In this document: piece by piece, positions 1 to 8,696 of the stretch | Position numbering within the stretch: the first letter of the stretch is position 1 | How the letters are laid out: the number at the start of each line of letters is the position of its first letter | Source of the DNA: Candidatus Gottesmanbacteria bacterium | Lineage (GTDB): Bacteria > Patescibacteriota > Microgenomatia > JACOXO01 | Direction: 5' to 3' | Assembly: GCA_016182365.1 (NCBI GenBank) | Contig: JACOXO010000014.1 | Span: 2,294-66,293, forward strand | Length of the DNA: 64,000 nucleotides | Made by a program: the position numbers and the translations under genes | Notes under the pieces: generated by a model | Told to the model about the DNA's origin: nothing | Seen by the model: the letters and a program-made list of their open reading frames with translations, nothing else | Databases searched by the model: none

Positions 1-867
1 ATGACCGGAATTAGGTTGGAAGTAGATACACACCTTATTACCGTTGGTTTAACCGGTAGAAGAAATTTAGAAAAATGTATCACTGAAGTTGGCGTTGAGG
101 TTTTAGGTTTTGTTTTTGGAGGACTTGCATCTTCTGAAGCAGTATTAACAGAAACTGAAAAAGAGCTAGGGATAGTTCTTGTTGATATTGGTGCAGGGAC
201 AACTGATATTTGCGTGTATGTTGAGGGTGCACTGGCTTATTCTTCTGTATTGCCTATTGGTGCTAAAAACATTACCAATGATATCGCAATAGGTTTAAGG
301 GTTTCTTTAGAGAGTGCTGAAAAAATAAAATTATTCTTAAGCAAAAATATTAAATCAACCACGCCAGTTGAAATTATTGAGAAGAAAGATGGGAAAAAAC
401 AGAATCTTGATGAGATTGATTTAACTGTTCTTAAGTTACCTGAAGATCTTAACAAAACAACCAGAAGGACACTTATCGAAGGAATAATAAAACCAAGACT
501 TAACGAAATATTTTCGATGGTTGGGCTTGAGATTAAAAAAAGCGGATTTGCAGGACTTACTCCTGCTGGTGTTGTTTTAACCGGAGGTGGAGCAGAAACA
601 GTTAGTATTATTGAGGCGGCAAAAAGAAATCTAGCCATGCCGGTTCGCGTTGGTCTTCCTGGAGAGAAAGTAACAGGACTTATTGATGAAATTTTATCAC
701 CTTCTTATGCAACTAGTATTGGACTTGTAATTTACGGTTCTAAATTTGAAGCTGTATCTCCTTCCGGCCCATTCAGTTTTAAAGGTTTTAGTAAAATCAC
801 TCAAAATGTTCCAATTAAAGGAGCAGCTGGTAAAGTCGTGGACTTGATTAAATCATTCTTACCCTAA
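1..867 (+). CDS. ftsA: Cell division protein FtsA, C-terminal part (gene starts upstream of the window)
   Basis: Actin-like ATPase C-terminal region (DIGAGTTD motif), followed directly by ftsZ in the conserved dcw order; ORF open at window start. Confidence 0.85.
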   Translation: MTGIRLEVDTHLITVGLTGRRNLEKCITEVGVEVLGFVFGGLASSEAVLTETEKELGIVLVDIGAGTTDICVYVEGALAYSSVLPIGAKNITNDIAIGLRVSLESAEKIKLFLSKNIKSTTPVEIIEKKDGKKQNLDEIDLTVLKLPEDLNKTTRRTLIEGIIKPRLNEIFSMVGLEIKKSGFAGLTPAGVVLTGGGAETVSIIEAAKRNLAMPVRVGLPGEKVTGLIDEILSPSYATSIGLVIYGSKFEAVSPSGPFSFKGFSKITQNVPIKGAAGKVVDLIKSFLP

Positions 868-868
868 C

Positions 869-885
869 CCCGACGTAACGTCGGG
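869..885. repeat. 17-bp perfect palindrome CCCGACG-TAA-CGTCGGG in the ftsA-ftsZ spacer; member of the CCCGAC/GTCGGG hairpin family
   Basis: Read directly: 7-bp GC-rich stem, 3-nt loop, in an otherwise AT-rich spacer; the same arms recur at 8131-8197, 8480-8518, 25954-25981 and 42130-42171. Confidence 0.6.
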
Positions 886-906
886 ACTGCCTAGAAAGGA
901 AACAGC

Positions 907-2034
907 ATGTTAGTTAAACCTGATATAGCCAGGTTCGCCAAAATTAAAGTGATGGGAATTGGAGGCGGAGGAAGTAATACCGTCAATTCAATGGTGGTTA
1001 CAAATAAAATAACGGGTGTTGATTTTATTACTGTAAACACTGACGCCCAAGCATTACTTGTAACTCAAGCCCCAATCAAACTTCAGATTGGTGATAATTT
1101 AACACGAGGTCTAGGGTCAGGCGGCAATCCTGATATAGGTAAACAGGCAGCTGAGGAATCCAGAGAAAAACTAAAGGATTTGTTAACTGATTCTGATATG
1201 GTTTTCTTAACTTGCGGTATGGGCGGAGGAACAGGTACCGGAGCTACACCAATTGCTGCTGAGGTGGCCAAGGAGTTAGGAATTCTAACAGTTGCCGTAG
1301 TGACCAAACCTTTTCATTTTGAAGGCTCAAGACGGATGTCACAGGCAGAACAGGGAATCATGGAGCTTAGGGATAAAGTCGATACTTTAATTGTCATTCC
1401 CAATCAAAGGCTTTTAGAGATAGTTGATAAAAAAATGACTTTTCTGGAAGCTTTTAAAGTGGTTGATAGCGTTTTAGCTCAGGCTGTTGCAGGAATTTCT
1501 GATCTAATTACTACCCCAGGTCTTATTAACGTTGATTTTGCAGATGTAAAGACAATAATGACTGATGCAGGATCAGCCCTAATGGGTATTGGAACGGGGG
1601 TAGGTGAGAATAGGGCGGTGACAGCAGCCAGGACGGCAATTTCATCTCCGCTTCTTGAAATGTCTATAGATGGAGCTAAAGGTGTGTTATTTAATATTAT
1701 TGGTGGGCCTGACATGACCATGAGTGAGGTAGATGAGGCTGCAAAGCTAATTTCGGAAGCTGTTGATCCGGATGCGAATATTATTTTTGGAACAACAATT
1801 GATGAAAAGCGTGTTGATGAAATTCAAATTACAGTTATCGCAACTGGTTTTAATGAGACCAGAAGAAGACTGGATAGGTTAAGTTCACCAACTGTAACTA
1901 CTTTTGAACATGATACAATAAAACAAACTAAACCGCCGCAAGCGATTTCTGTTACTAACCCTAATGAAAATGAACAGGAAACAGCATCTGACGATGAATG
2001 GGATGTTCCTACTTTCTTGCGGCAGGGAAGATAA
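907..2034 (+). CDS. ftsZ: Cell division GTPase FtsZ
   Basis: Tubulin signature GGGTGTG, N-terminal MGIGGGGSN, 375 aa, downstream of ftsA. Confidence 0.95.
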   Translation: MLVKPDIARFAKIKVMGIGGGGSNTVNSMVVTNKITGVDFITVNTDAQALLVTQAPIKLQIGDNLTRGLGSGGNPDIGKQAAEESREKLKDLLTDSDMVFLTCGMGGGTGTGATPIAAEVAKELGILTVAVVTKPFHFEGSRRMSQAEQGIMELRDKVDTLIVIPNQRLLEIVDKKMTFLEAFKVVDSVLAQAVAGISDLITTPGLINVDFADVKTIMTDAGSALMGIGTGVGENRAVTAARTAISSPLLEMSIDGAKGVLFNIIGGPDMTMSEVDEAAKLISEAVDPDANIIFGTTIDEKRVDEIQITVIATGFNETRRRLDRLSSPTVTTFEHDTIKQTKPPQAISVTNPNENEQETASDDEWDVPTFLRQGR

Positions 2035-2039
2035 TATTT

Positions 2040-4982
2040 ATGTTTAAAAAAACTTCAGCTACTGTCAATTTTCCCGATCTTGAGAAGAAAATACAGGAAT
2101 ATTGGGACTTAAATAATATTTTAAAAAAATATCTTCATAAAAACGATAAATCTTCGCAAATATTCTCATTTATGGATGGTCCGATTACAGCAAATAATCC
2201 AATGGGTGTTCATCATGCTTGGGGGAGAACTTATAAAGATTTATGGCAGAAATTTAATAATATGAGAGGAAAAAAACAGAGGTTTCAAAATGGTTTTGAC
2301 TGTCAGGGGCTATGGGTTGAAGTAGAAGTGGAAAAAGAATTGGGGATTAAAAATAAAAGAGATATAGAAAATTTAATACCGGGTAATAAACAAGAAAGCA
2401 TAGCTAAATTTGTAAATCTTTGTAAAGAAAGAGTTGTTAAGTTTTCAAAAATACAGACACAACAAAGTATACGTTTAGGTTATTTCATGGATTGGGATCA
2501 TTCATATTACACCATGAGTAATGAGAATAATTATATGATATGGCATTTTCTTAAAGTATGTTTTGATAAGGGGTGGATTTATAAAGGTAAAGACTCAGTT
2601 CCCTGGTGTCCTAGGTGTCAAACAGCAATATCACAGCATGAAATGTTGACAGAAGATTATAAGGAGATTACTCACGAAACTATTTTTTTTAAGCTTCCTG
2701 TTGTAGGTCGTGATTTTAATCTTCTTGCCTGGACAACTACTCCCTGGACGATACCAGCAAATGTATCATTGGCCGTAAATCCGGATTTTAATTACAGAGA
2801 ATGGGAAAATACAAAAACCGGAGAAAAAATTATTTTTATTCGGGAAGATTCATTACCTAAAACAGAAAATATGGACGATTATAACAATAACATGAAATTT
2901 ATAAGCTCCATACTTGAAAAGGCGAGTGAATGGAAAGGTGTCAAAGATTTTAAGGGATCCGAATTAGTTGGTTTGCAATATACTGCTCCATTTGACCATC
3001 TACCAGCTGTAAAAAAGGCAAAAGACTCAAATCCTAGTAAGTTTCATACAGTGGTTCCGGCGCCCGATCTTGTTGTTGCCACAAAAGGTACTGGTATATT
3101 ACACGTGGCAACCGGCGCAGGCCAGGAAGATTTTAGGCTAGGGAGTGAATTGGGTCTTCCTATTATCAATGTTATTGATGATGAAGCAATTTATCTACCA
3201 CAAATGGGTGAGTTTACAGGTAAAAATGCAAAAAAACACCCCGAACTTATAGTCGATTTTCTTAAAACAAAAGATAGTGGTAAATATCTATACAAAACAA
3301 TGAAATTCAAACATAGATACCCGGCTTGTTGGAGGTGTAAGACTGAACTAGTTTGGAAGGTTGCTGATGAATGGTATATAGCGATGGATAAAAAATCAAA
3401 TAACACAACATTTAGACAAAGCATGATAGAAGTTGCTAAAAAAATTAATTGGACTCCATCATTTGGTTTAGATAGGGAATTAGATTGGCTTAAGAATATG
3501 CACGATTGGCTGATAAGTAAAAAAAACAGATACTGGGGTTTGGCTTTACCAATCTATGAATGTAAAAAATGTAATTCTTTTGAAGTTATTGGAAGTTTTG
3601 AAGAGTTAAAAAAAAGAGCAGTATCAGGTTGGGATCAACTTGAAGGTAAGTCTCCTCATAAACCATGGATTGATGAAGTCAAGATTAAATGCGCCAAATG
3701 CCAAAATATAGTTTTGCGAATTGGTGATGTAGGGAATCCCTGGCTTGATGCCGGAATTGTGCCCTTTTCAACTATTGCAAATGACAACCAAGGTAAACCA
3801 TTGTACTTAACTGACAGAAAAGAGTGGCAAAAGTGGTTTCCTGCTGATTTTATAACAGAGTCATTTCCCGGTCAGTTTAAAAACTGGTTTTATTCCCTTA
3901 TAGCTATGTCTGCAGCCTTAGAAAATACGCAGTCTTTTAAAAATGTATTAGGATTTGCAACACTTCTTGCTGATAATGGAAAACCAATGCATAAGTCCAG
4001 TGGCAATATGATCGAATTTAATACCGGAGCGCAGACGATTGGTGTTGATGTTATGCGTTGGATGTATCTAAGGCAAAACCCTGCCGCAAACTTACTTTTT
4101 GGGTATTCTACATCAGATGAAGTTAGGAGAAAATTTCATTTGATACTTTGGAATATATATAACTTTTTCGCAACATATGCTCTTGCTTATAATCTTAAAC
4201 AAGAGGACTTTAATCTTAAGTCAGATAATGTATTGGACAAATGGATTAAATTTAGATTAACAGAGACTGTCATAGGAGTTACTAAAAATCTTGAAAATTA
4301 TAATGCACATTTGGCAGCTTTAGATATTGAAAAATTCGTTACCGATTTATCTACCTGGTATATCAGAAGAAGCAGAAATAGAGTAAAGGACTGTCTTCCC
4401 TGTCTTCATTCTATTTTAGTTACTTTATCAAAGCTTCTTGCGCCCTTTATTCCTTTTGTATCAGAGGAAATCTATACAAACTTAACTGGTAATAAGTCTG
4501 TCCATCTAGAAACTTGGCCGCAGTTTAATAAAGATGAAATTGATAAGGAACTTATAGATAATATGAAGCGTGTCAGAATATTGGTTGAACAATTTCACTC
4601 ACTTCGAAAACAAAATAATATTAAATTAAAAATTCCTTTAATAAACGTCAAATATAAGTCATCAGCAAAAATTCCTGATGAATTGGAAACTGTCTTAAGA
4701 GATGAGATAAATGTAAAAAATATCATTGCGGTTATTGATAGTAAAACTAAGGAGGATAAGTGGAGCGCTGATTTTAGCAAAGACAATTTGTTGATAAGTG
4801 AAGGAGAGGCAAGAGATATTGTAAGAACTATTCAAAAAATGAGAAAAGAGGTCGGTCTGGCTCTCACTCAAGTTATTGATATAGAACTTCCTTCCTGGCC
4901 TAAAGATTATGAAGAATATATAAAGCAAAAAACTCTAACAAAATCAATGAAGAAAGGTGACAAGATCCGTATTCTTCTATGA
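2040..4982 (+). CDS. ileS: Isoleucine--tRNA ligase with non-canonical class I motifs
   Basis: FMDGP...ANN N-terminus and the IleRS-specific WTTTPWTIPAN editing-domain motif; about 980 aa. HIGH region reads GVHHAWG, WCHG reads FDCQG, KMSKS reads PMHKSSGN. Start moved to the in-frame ATG at 2040, just after the ftsZ stop. Confidence 0.85.
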   Translation: MFKKTSATVNFPDLEKKIQEYWDLNNILKKYLHKNDKSSQIFSFMDGPITANNPMGVHHAWGRTYKDLWQKFNNMRGKKQRFQNGFDCQGLWVEVEVEKELGIKNKRDIENLIPGNKQESIAKFVNLCKERVVKFSKIQTQQSIRLGYFMDWDHSYYTMSNENNYMIWHFLKVCFDKGWIYKGKDSVPWCPRCQTAISQHEMLTEDYKEITHETIFFKLPVVGRDFNLLAWTTTPWTIPANVSLAVNPDFNYREWENTKTGEKIIFIREDSLPKTENMDDYNNNMKFISSILEKASEWKGVKDFKGSELVGLQYTAPFDHLPAVKKAKDSNPSKFHTVVPAPDLVVATKGTGILHVATGAGQEDFRLGSELGLPIINVIDDEAIYLPQMGEFTGKNAKKHPELIVDFLKTKDSGKYLYKTMKFKHRYPACWRCKTELVWKVADEWYIAMDKKSNNTTFRQSMIEVAKKINWTPSFGLDRELDWLKNMHDWLISKKNRYWGLALPIYECKKCNSFEVIGSFEELKKRAVSGWDQLEGKSPHKPWIDEVKIKCAKCQNIVLRIGDVGNPWLDAGIVPFSTIANDNQGKPLYLTDRKEWQKWFPADFITESFPGQFKNWFYSLIAMSAALENTQSFKNVLGFATLLADNGKPMHKSSGNMIEFNTGAQTIGVDVMRWMYLRQNPAANLLFGYSTSDEVRRKFHLILWNIYNFFATYALAYNLKQEDFNLKSDNVLDKWIKFRLTETVIGVTKNLENYNAHLAALDIEKFVTDLSTWYIRRSRNRVKDCLPCLHSILVTLSKLLAPFIPFVSEEIYTNLTGNKSVHLETWPQFNKDEIDKELIDNMKRVRILVEQFHSLRKQNNIKLKIPLINVKYKSSAKIPDELETVLRDEINVKNIIAVIDSKTKEDKWSADFSKDNLLISEGEARDIVRTIQKMRKEVGLALTQVIDIELPSWPKDYEEYIKQKTLTKSMKKGDKIRILL

Positions 4983-6043
4983 GGCAACCTCGTATTGAGT
5001 GGGATATTCTTATATTATTGCTTTGTATGTTTGGCTTCTCTCTTGCAATAATTTGGAGCGTAAATCCAACTTATTTTACTTCGCAACTGGCTTTTTTTCT
5101 AACAGGTATTATTATTTTTTTTATATTTCGCGCTATAAGAGCAGACATTTATCAAAAGGTGGGTATATTATTTTATGCAATTTCAGTAATCCTTCTTATT
5201 ATCACACTCTTAAGTCCTGATGTTAGGGGAAGTTCACGGTGGATATTTTTTGGGGATTATCGTATTCAACCGTCCGAGATTATAAAGCCCTTTCTTATAG
5301 TAAGTTATGCTTCTTTTTTAGTTAATAAAAAAAGCGGTGTCTTAAATTCCTTTGCAATTTTTTTATTGCTCCTGATTCCACTTATACTAATATTTCTTCA
5401 ACCTGATTTGGGAAGCGCAATCATATACTTCGCTTTTTCCTTTGCTATGATTTTTGCAAATGGGTTGCCTTTATCGGCGATTGCAGTGAGTGTGGTATTT
5501 GGACTTATAGGAAGTCCTTTTATATGGCATATTTTAAAAGATTACCAAAGACAAAGAATTTTAAATTTTTTAAGCCCAAATTCTGATCCTCAGGGTGCAG
5601 GTTATAATGCCATTCAAGCAATGATAGCAGTTGGAAGCGGTAAATTATTTGGTCAGGGTTTAGGTAGGGGATCGCAAAGCCATTTAAGATTTCTTCCAGA
5701 AAATCATACCGATTTTGTATTTGCCTCTCTTGTTGAGGAGTTTGGTTTTCTTGGTTCTACACTGGTTCTTGTATTTTATTCATACCTTTTTTACAGGCTT
5801 CTGAGATTAATGATTCAAACTCAAGATAGATTTACCTACCTCGTGATTGTGGGTGTGTTTATGCAGATATTTACCCAATTTTTTGTGAATATTGCTATGA
5901 ATATTGGACTTATACCGATAACCGGAGTTACACTCCCTTTGATATCAGCAGGTGGAAGCTCGATTATAGCTACTTTAATCTCCTTAGGAATAGTTTTTTC
6001 ATTATCTAAAAACAAGAAACATACACCGCTTGTTATCGGATAA
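4979..6043 (+). CDS. ftsW: SEDS-family peptidoglycan glycosyltransferase (FtsW/RodA)
   Basis: About 10 TM segments; conserved GQGLGRGSQ...LPENHTDFVFA block typical of FtsW/RodA. Confidence 0.85.
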   Translation: MRQPRIEWDILILLLCMFGFSLAIIWSVNPTYFTSQLAFFLTGIIIFFIFRAIRADIYQKVGILFYAISVILLIITLLSPDVRGSSRWIFFGDYRIQPSEIIKPFLIVSYASFLVNKKSGVLNSFAIFLLLLIPLILIFLQPDLGSAIIYFAFSFAMIFANGLPLSAIAVSVVFGLIGSPFIWHILKDYQRQRILNFLSPNSDPQGAGYNAIQAMIAVGSGKLFGQGLGRGSQSHLRFLPENHTDFVFASLVEEFGFLGSTLVLVFYSYLFYRLLRLMIQTQDRFTYLVIVGVFMQIFTQFFVNIAMNIGLIPITGVTLPLISAGGSSIIATLISLGIVFSLSKNKKHTPLVIG

Positions 6044-6066
6044 TAAATTCGCTATAATTAGCTCTT

Positions 6067-6381
6067 ATGTACGCGATTATCCAAAAAGGGTCACATCAGT
6101 ATAAGGTAACTGCCGGAATGGAGTTTGATATTTACAATATTGACGCTCAAGCTGGAGATAAATTGACAGTTAAAGAAGTTTTAATGATTGTTGACGATAC
6201 TGGTGAAATTAAAGTGGGTCAACCATATATTGAAAAGGCTAGTGTTGATTTGAAAATTAACGGGAGTAAAAAGGGAAAGAAAGTTAATGTAATGCGTTTT
6301 AAAGCTAAAAGTAGATATACTAAAAGAAGAGGTTTTAGAGAAGATTTAACAGTTGTTTCCGTTGAATCTATTAATGTCTAG
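6067..6381 (+). CDS. rplU: 50S ribosomal protein L21
   Basis: MYAIIQKGSHQYKV N-terminus typical of bL21; 104 aa; followed by L27. Confidence 0.9.
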   Translation: MYAIIQKGSHQYKVTAGMEFDIYNIDAQAGDKLTVKEVLMIVDDTGEIKVGQPYIEKASVDLKINGSKKGKKVNVMRFKAKSRYTKRRGFREDLTVVSVESINV

Positions 6382-6387
6382 ACCCCG

Positions 6388-6415
6388 TTGACAGATTTTA
6401 GAAATTACCTATAAT
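6388..6415 (+). promoter_or_regulatory. Sigma-70-like promoter TTGACA-N16-TATAAT upstream of rpmA
   Basis: Consensus hexamers read directly in the rplU-rpmA spacer, about 23 nt upstream of the rpmA ATG. Confidence 0.5.
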
Positions 6416-6438
6416 ATTTGTTAATAGGATAAAAAAAT

Positions 6439-6687
6439 ATGGCACATACAAAAACAGGAGCATCAGTAAAAGGAAGTAGAGATTCCATTGCAAAAAGGCT
6501 TGGAGTAAAAAAGTACGGAGGTCAAACAGTTATTCCAGGAAATATTATTGTCCGTCAAAGAGGTAGCAAAGTCCACCCGGGTAGGGGTGTAATTATGGGT
6601 AGAGACTATACAATTATGGCAGTTAAAGAAGGTTTAGTTAATTTTTCAAGACAATACGGGAAAACAATCGTTAACGTTTCAAAATAA
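6439..6687 (+). CDS. rpmA: 50S ribosomal protein L27
   Basis: MAHTKTGASVKGSRDSIAKRLGVKKYGGQ N-terminus typical of bL27; 82 aa. Confidence 0.9.
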   Translation: MAHTKTGASVKGSRDSIAKRLGVKKYGGQTVIPGNIIVRQRGSKVHPGRGVIMGRDYTIMAVKEGLVNFSRQYGKTIVNVSK

Positions 6688-6695
6688 TATATATT

Positions 6696-7523
6696 ATGGC
6701 TGACGAACTGACGTATATAGAAATATCGCAGTTACAACCAAACCCTCTTCAGTCTCGTGGTGTTATTTCACAGAGTTCCCTAAATGATTTAGTTGAGTCT
6801 GTAAAAGAACATGGTGTTTTGGAGCCTTTGATTATTGCCAAAACTCCAGCAGGATTTCAAATAATTGCAGGTGAAAGAAGATGGCGAGCTGCCAAAATTG
6901 CCGGTGTTACTAAAGTTCCCGCAGTTATTAAAGAAACTTCAAGCAGGGGCATGTTGGAACTGGCAATTGTTGAGAACGTCCAAAGAGAAGACCTAAATCC
7001 AATTGAAAGAGCCCAGGCATTCAGAAGACTTATGGAGGAGTTTGGTCTTCAAATATCTACAATAGCCAAAAGGGTAGGAAAGAGTGATGGTTACGTATCC
7101 AATACTTTAAGACTTCTATCTCTTCCTGATGCTATCAAAGACGGGATTATTTCAGGGGTGACAACTGAAGGTCATGCAAGAGCTCTTGCTGGTATCGGCG
7201 ATACCAAGCTGATGATCGAGGCTTATAAGATTCTTCTTGCTGAGAATGCTTCTGTCAGAAGGGCTGAAGACTTGGCTAGAAAAATGAAGAATAGAAATAG
7301 TACTCAGGTCAGATCCAGAACTGAATGGATTGATAGCCCCAGAATTGACACTATCTCTAAAAAATTTGAAAATATATTTTTCGGTAGAGTCAAGATGAAT
7401 CAATCAAACAGTTATACCAGAATGACAATTGTTATCAAAGGCGAACCGGAATCCGTTGCCCAGAAACTTGAGGTATTAACTTCTAAATTAGCATCAGAAT
7501 TACCAGAAACTCCGAAAAGTTAA
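6696..7523 (+). CDS. parB: ParB/Spo0J-like partition / nucleoid-occlusion protein (no parA adjacent)
   Basis: ParB N-terminal box with GERRWRAAKIAG and an HTH region; 275 aa. Confidence 0.8.
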   Translation: MADELTYIEISQLQPNPLQSRGVISQSSLNDLVESVKEHGVLEPLIIAKTPAGFQIIAGERRWRAAKIAGVTKVPAVIKETSSRGMLELAIVENVQREDLNPIERAQAFRRLMEEFGLQISTIAKRVGKSDGYVSNTLRLLSLPDAIKDGIISGVTTEGHARALAGIGDTKLMIEAYKILLAENASVRRAEDLARKMKNRNSTQVRSRTEWIDSPRIDTISKKFENIFFGRVKMNQSNSYTRMTIVIKGEPESVAQKLEVLTSKLASELPETPKS

Positions 7524-7524
7524 A

Positions 7525-8094
7525 TTAATTATTAAACTCAATGGGTTTTTGTATTAAACCAAAATGATTCACAGGCCAGTATCTAAAGAATACTCTTCCA
7601 ATAATATCATTCTTAGGAACCATTCCCCATTGTCTTGAATCTGCGCTATGACTTCTATTGTCACCAAGAACGAAGTATTCGTCTTGACCTACAGTAATTT
7701 GTTCACCTTCCTTAATATATTGACCTGGAAGCAATATTGTGTCTGTTTGTATGTATTCATCAGGTAATGGTTGGCCGTTTACCAGAACTTTTCCATCGGA
7801 GATTGTTATTGTATCTCCGGGAAGACCAATTATTCTTTTTATATAATCAAAATCAGGATTCATCGGCGCTTTAAATACCACAACATCACCACGCTTCGGT
7901 GCATTTAATCTATAAGAAATTTTATCTGTTAATATGTATTGTCCGTCATGGAAAGTAGGATCCATAGACGCTCCTTTTATCTCATGAGGTTGTACAAGAA
8001 AGAGATATATAACCACAAAAATTGACAACGCAACCACTACTGATTCAATCAGATCAAAAAATATAGAAATAGCACGACGAAATATGTCTTGCAT
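7525..8094 (-). CDS. lepB: Signal peptidase I
   Basis: S26 family motifs (GASMDPTF with catalytic Ser, GDNRSHSADSRQWG box), N-terminal TM. Start placed at the internal Met (MQDIFRR...) because the longer ORF to 8166 would translate through the intergenic GC palindromes; a TTGACA-N17-TACACT promoter lies immediately upstream of 8094 on the minus strand. Confidence 0.8.
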   Translation of the reverse strand: MQDIFRRAISIFFDLIESVVVALSIFVVIYLFLVQPHEIKGASMDPTFHDGQYILTDKISYRLNAPKRGDVVVFKAPMNPDFDYIKRIIGLPGDTITISDGKVLVNGQPLPDEYIQTDTILLPGQYIKEGEQITVGQDEYFVLGDNRSHSADSRQWGMVPKNDIIGRVFFRYWPVNHFGLIQKPIEFNN

Positions 8095-8130
8095 GGATAA
8101 CAGTGTAGGCAATTTGCTATAATCTGTCAA

Positions 8131-8197
8131 TGCCGACGCCACGACAAAAGCGTCGGGGGTCGGCATCCCGACTTAAGTCTAAGACTTAACGTCGGGA
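8131..8197. repeat. Cluster of nested/tandem GC-rich palindromes (TGCCGAC...GTCGGCA enclosing CCGACGC...GCGTCGG; then TCCCGAC-TTAAGTC-TAA-GACTTAA-C-GTCGGGA)
   Basis: Inverted repeats read directly; CCCGAC/GTCGGG arm family; lies between lepB and the GIY-YIG pseudogene. Confidence 0.6.
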
Positions 8198-8216
8198 TCC
8201 CTATATAATTGGGTAG

Positions 8217-8479
8217 ATGGCTTTTGTTTATATTTTAAAAAGTTTTAAAAAAGAAAAGTATTATATTGGTACTACTGAAAATTATGAAAGACGCGTTAGG
8301 GAACATAATAGTGGTAGAGTGAGATCAACTAAATATATCAGACCTCTTAATTTAGTTCTTGTCAGCATTATAATAGTTTAAGTAAAGCTAGAAAAATAGA
8401 ATATAGATTAAAAGCATTAAAGAGAAGAGATTATTTAGAAAAGATTGTTAGAGACGGTAAAATAAAGATGACCGTTTAG
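8217..8479 (+). pseudogene. GIY-YIG nuclease-domain gene, disrupted by a frameshift/small deletion
   Basis: Frame 1 from 8217 encodes MAFVYILKSFKKEKYYIGTTENYERRVREHNSGRVRSTKYIRPLNLVLV, then stops at 8379-8381. The C-terminal half (KARKIEYRLKALKRRDYLEKIVRDGKI) continues in the +2 frame to TAG at 8477-8479. Compare the intact paralog at 25669-25941. Confidence 0.6.
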
Positions 8480-8518
8480 TCCCGACGCAAGGTCGGGATG
8501 CCAACTATAACGTCGGCA
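8480..8518. repeat. Two adjacent hairpins (TCCCGAC-GCAAG-GTCGGGA; TGCCAAC-TATAAC-GTCGGCA) immediately after the GIY-YIG pseudogene stop
   Basis: Same arm family as 8131-8197; begins at the base after the stop codon. Confidence 0.55.
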
Positions 8519-8560
8519 CTCAACGGCAGAGTGCTTCGTTCACACCTGCCCGCCGCAGAT

Positions 8561-8632
8561 GGATCCGTAGCTCAGCGGTAGAGCGTTCGGTTCACATCCG
8601 AAAGGTCAGAGGTTCGATACCTCTCGGATCCA
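8561..8632 (+). tRNA. tRNA-Val (anticodon CAC), CCA not encoded
   Basis: Manual cloverleaf: acceptor GGATCCG/CGGATCC, D-arm GCTC-AGCGGTA-GAGC, anticodon arm TTCGG-TTCACAT-CCGAA, T-arm AGAGG-TTCGATA-CCTCT, discriminator A. Confidence 0.85.
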
Positions 8633-8696
8633 CAGCTTTGGCAAGCGGGTCGAAGAGGTTGGTGGTTCGACGCTTTAGGTAGGACTCCAATGGTTA

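Noticed and set aside
237-638. Numerous antisense or overlapping ORFs inside large conserved genes (e.g. 237-638, 1083-1307, 1479-1721, 3191-3424, 10767-11090, 31512-32035, 39063-39954, 44372-44961)
   Set aside because: They are shadow ORFs within well-supported conserved coding regions on the opposite strand or in other frames, with low-complexity translations and no RBS.
2000-2040. T-box or other long leader upstream of ileS
   Set aside because: ftsZ stop and ileS start are only about 5 nt apart, leaving no room for a riboswitch; ileS must be co-transcribed with ftsZ or use an internal promoter inside ftsZ.
8095-8166. Longer lepB start (MPTPDAFVVASALTDYSKLPTLL...) and longer atpI start at 42107
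   Set aside because: Both N-terminal extensions are encoded by the intergenic GC-rich palindromes. The internal Met gives a typical signal-peptidase or small-membrane-protein N-terminus and leaves the hairpins non-coding.
8640-8696. Hairpin GTCGAA-N10-TTCGAC containing a GGTTCGA T-loop-like motif after tRNA-Val
   Set aside because: Cannot be extended into a second tRNA cloverleaf; most simply a shared terminator for tRNA-Val and the convergent MBL hydrolase gene.
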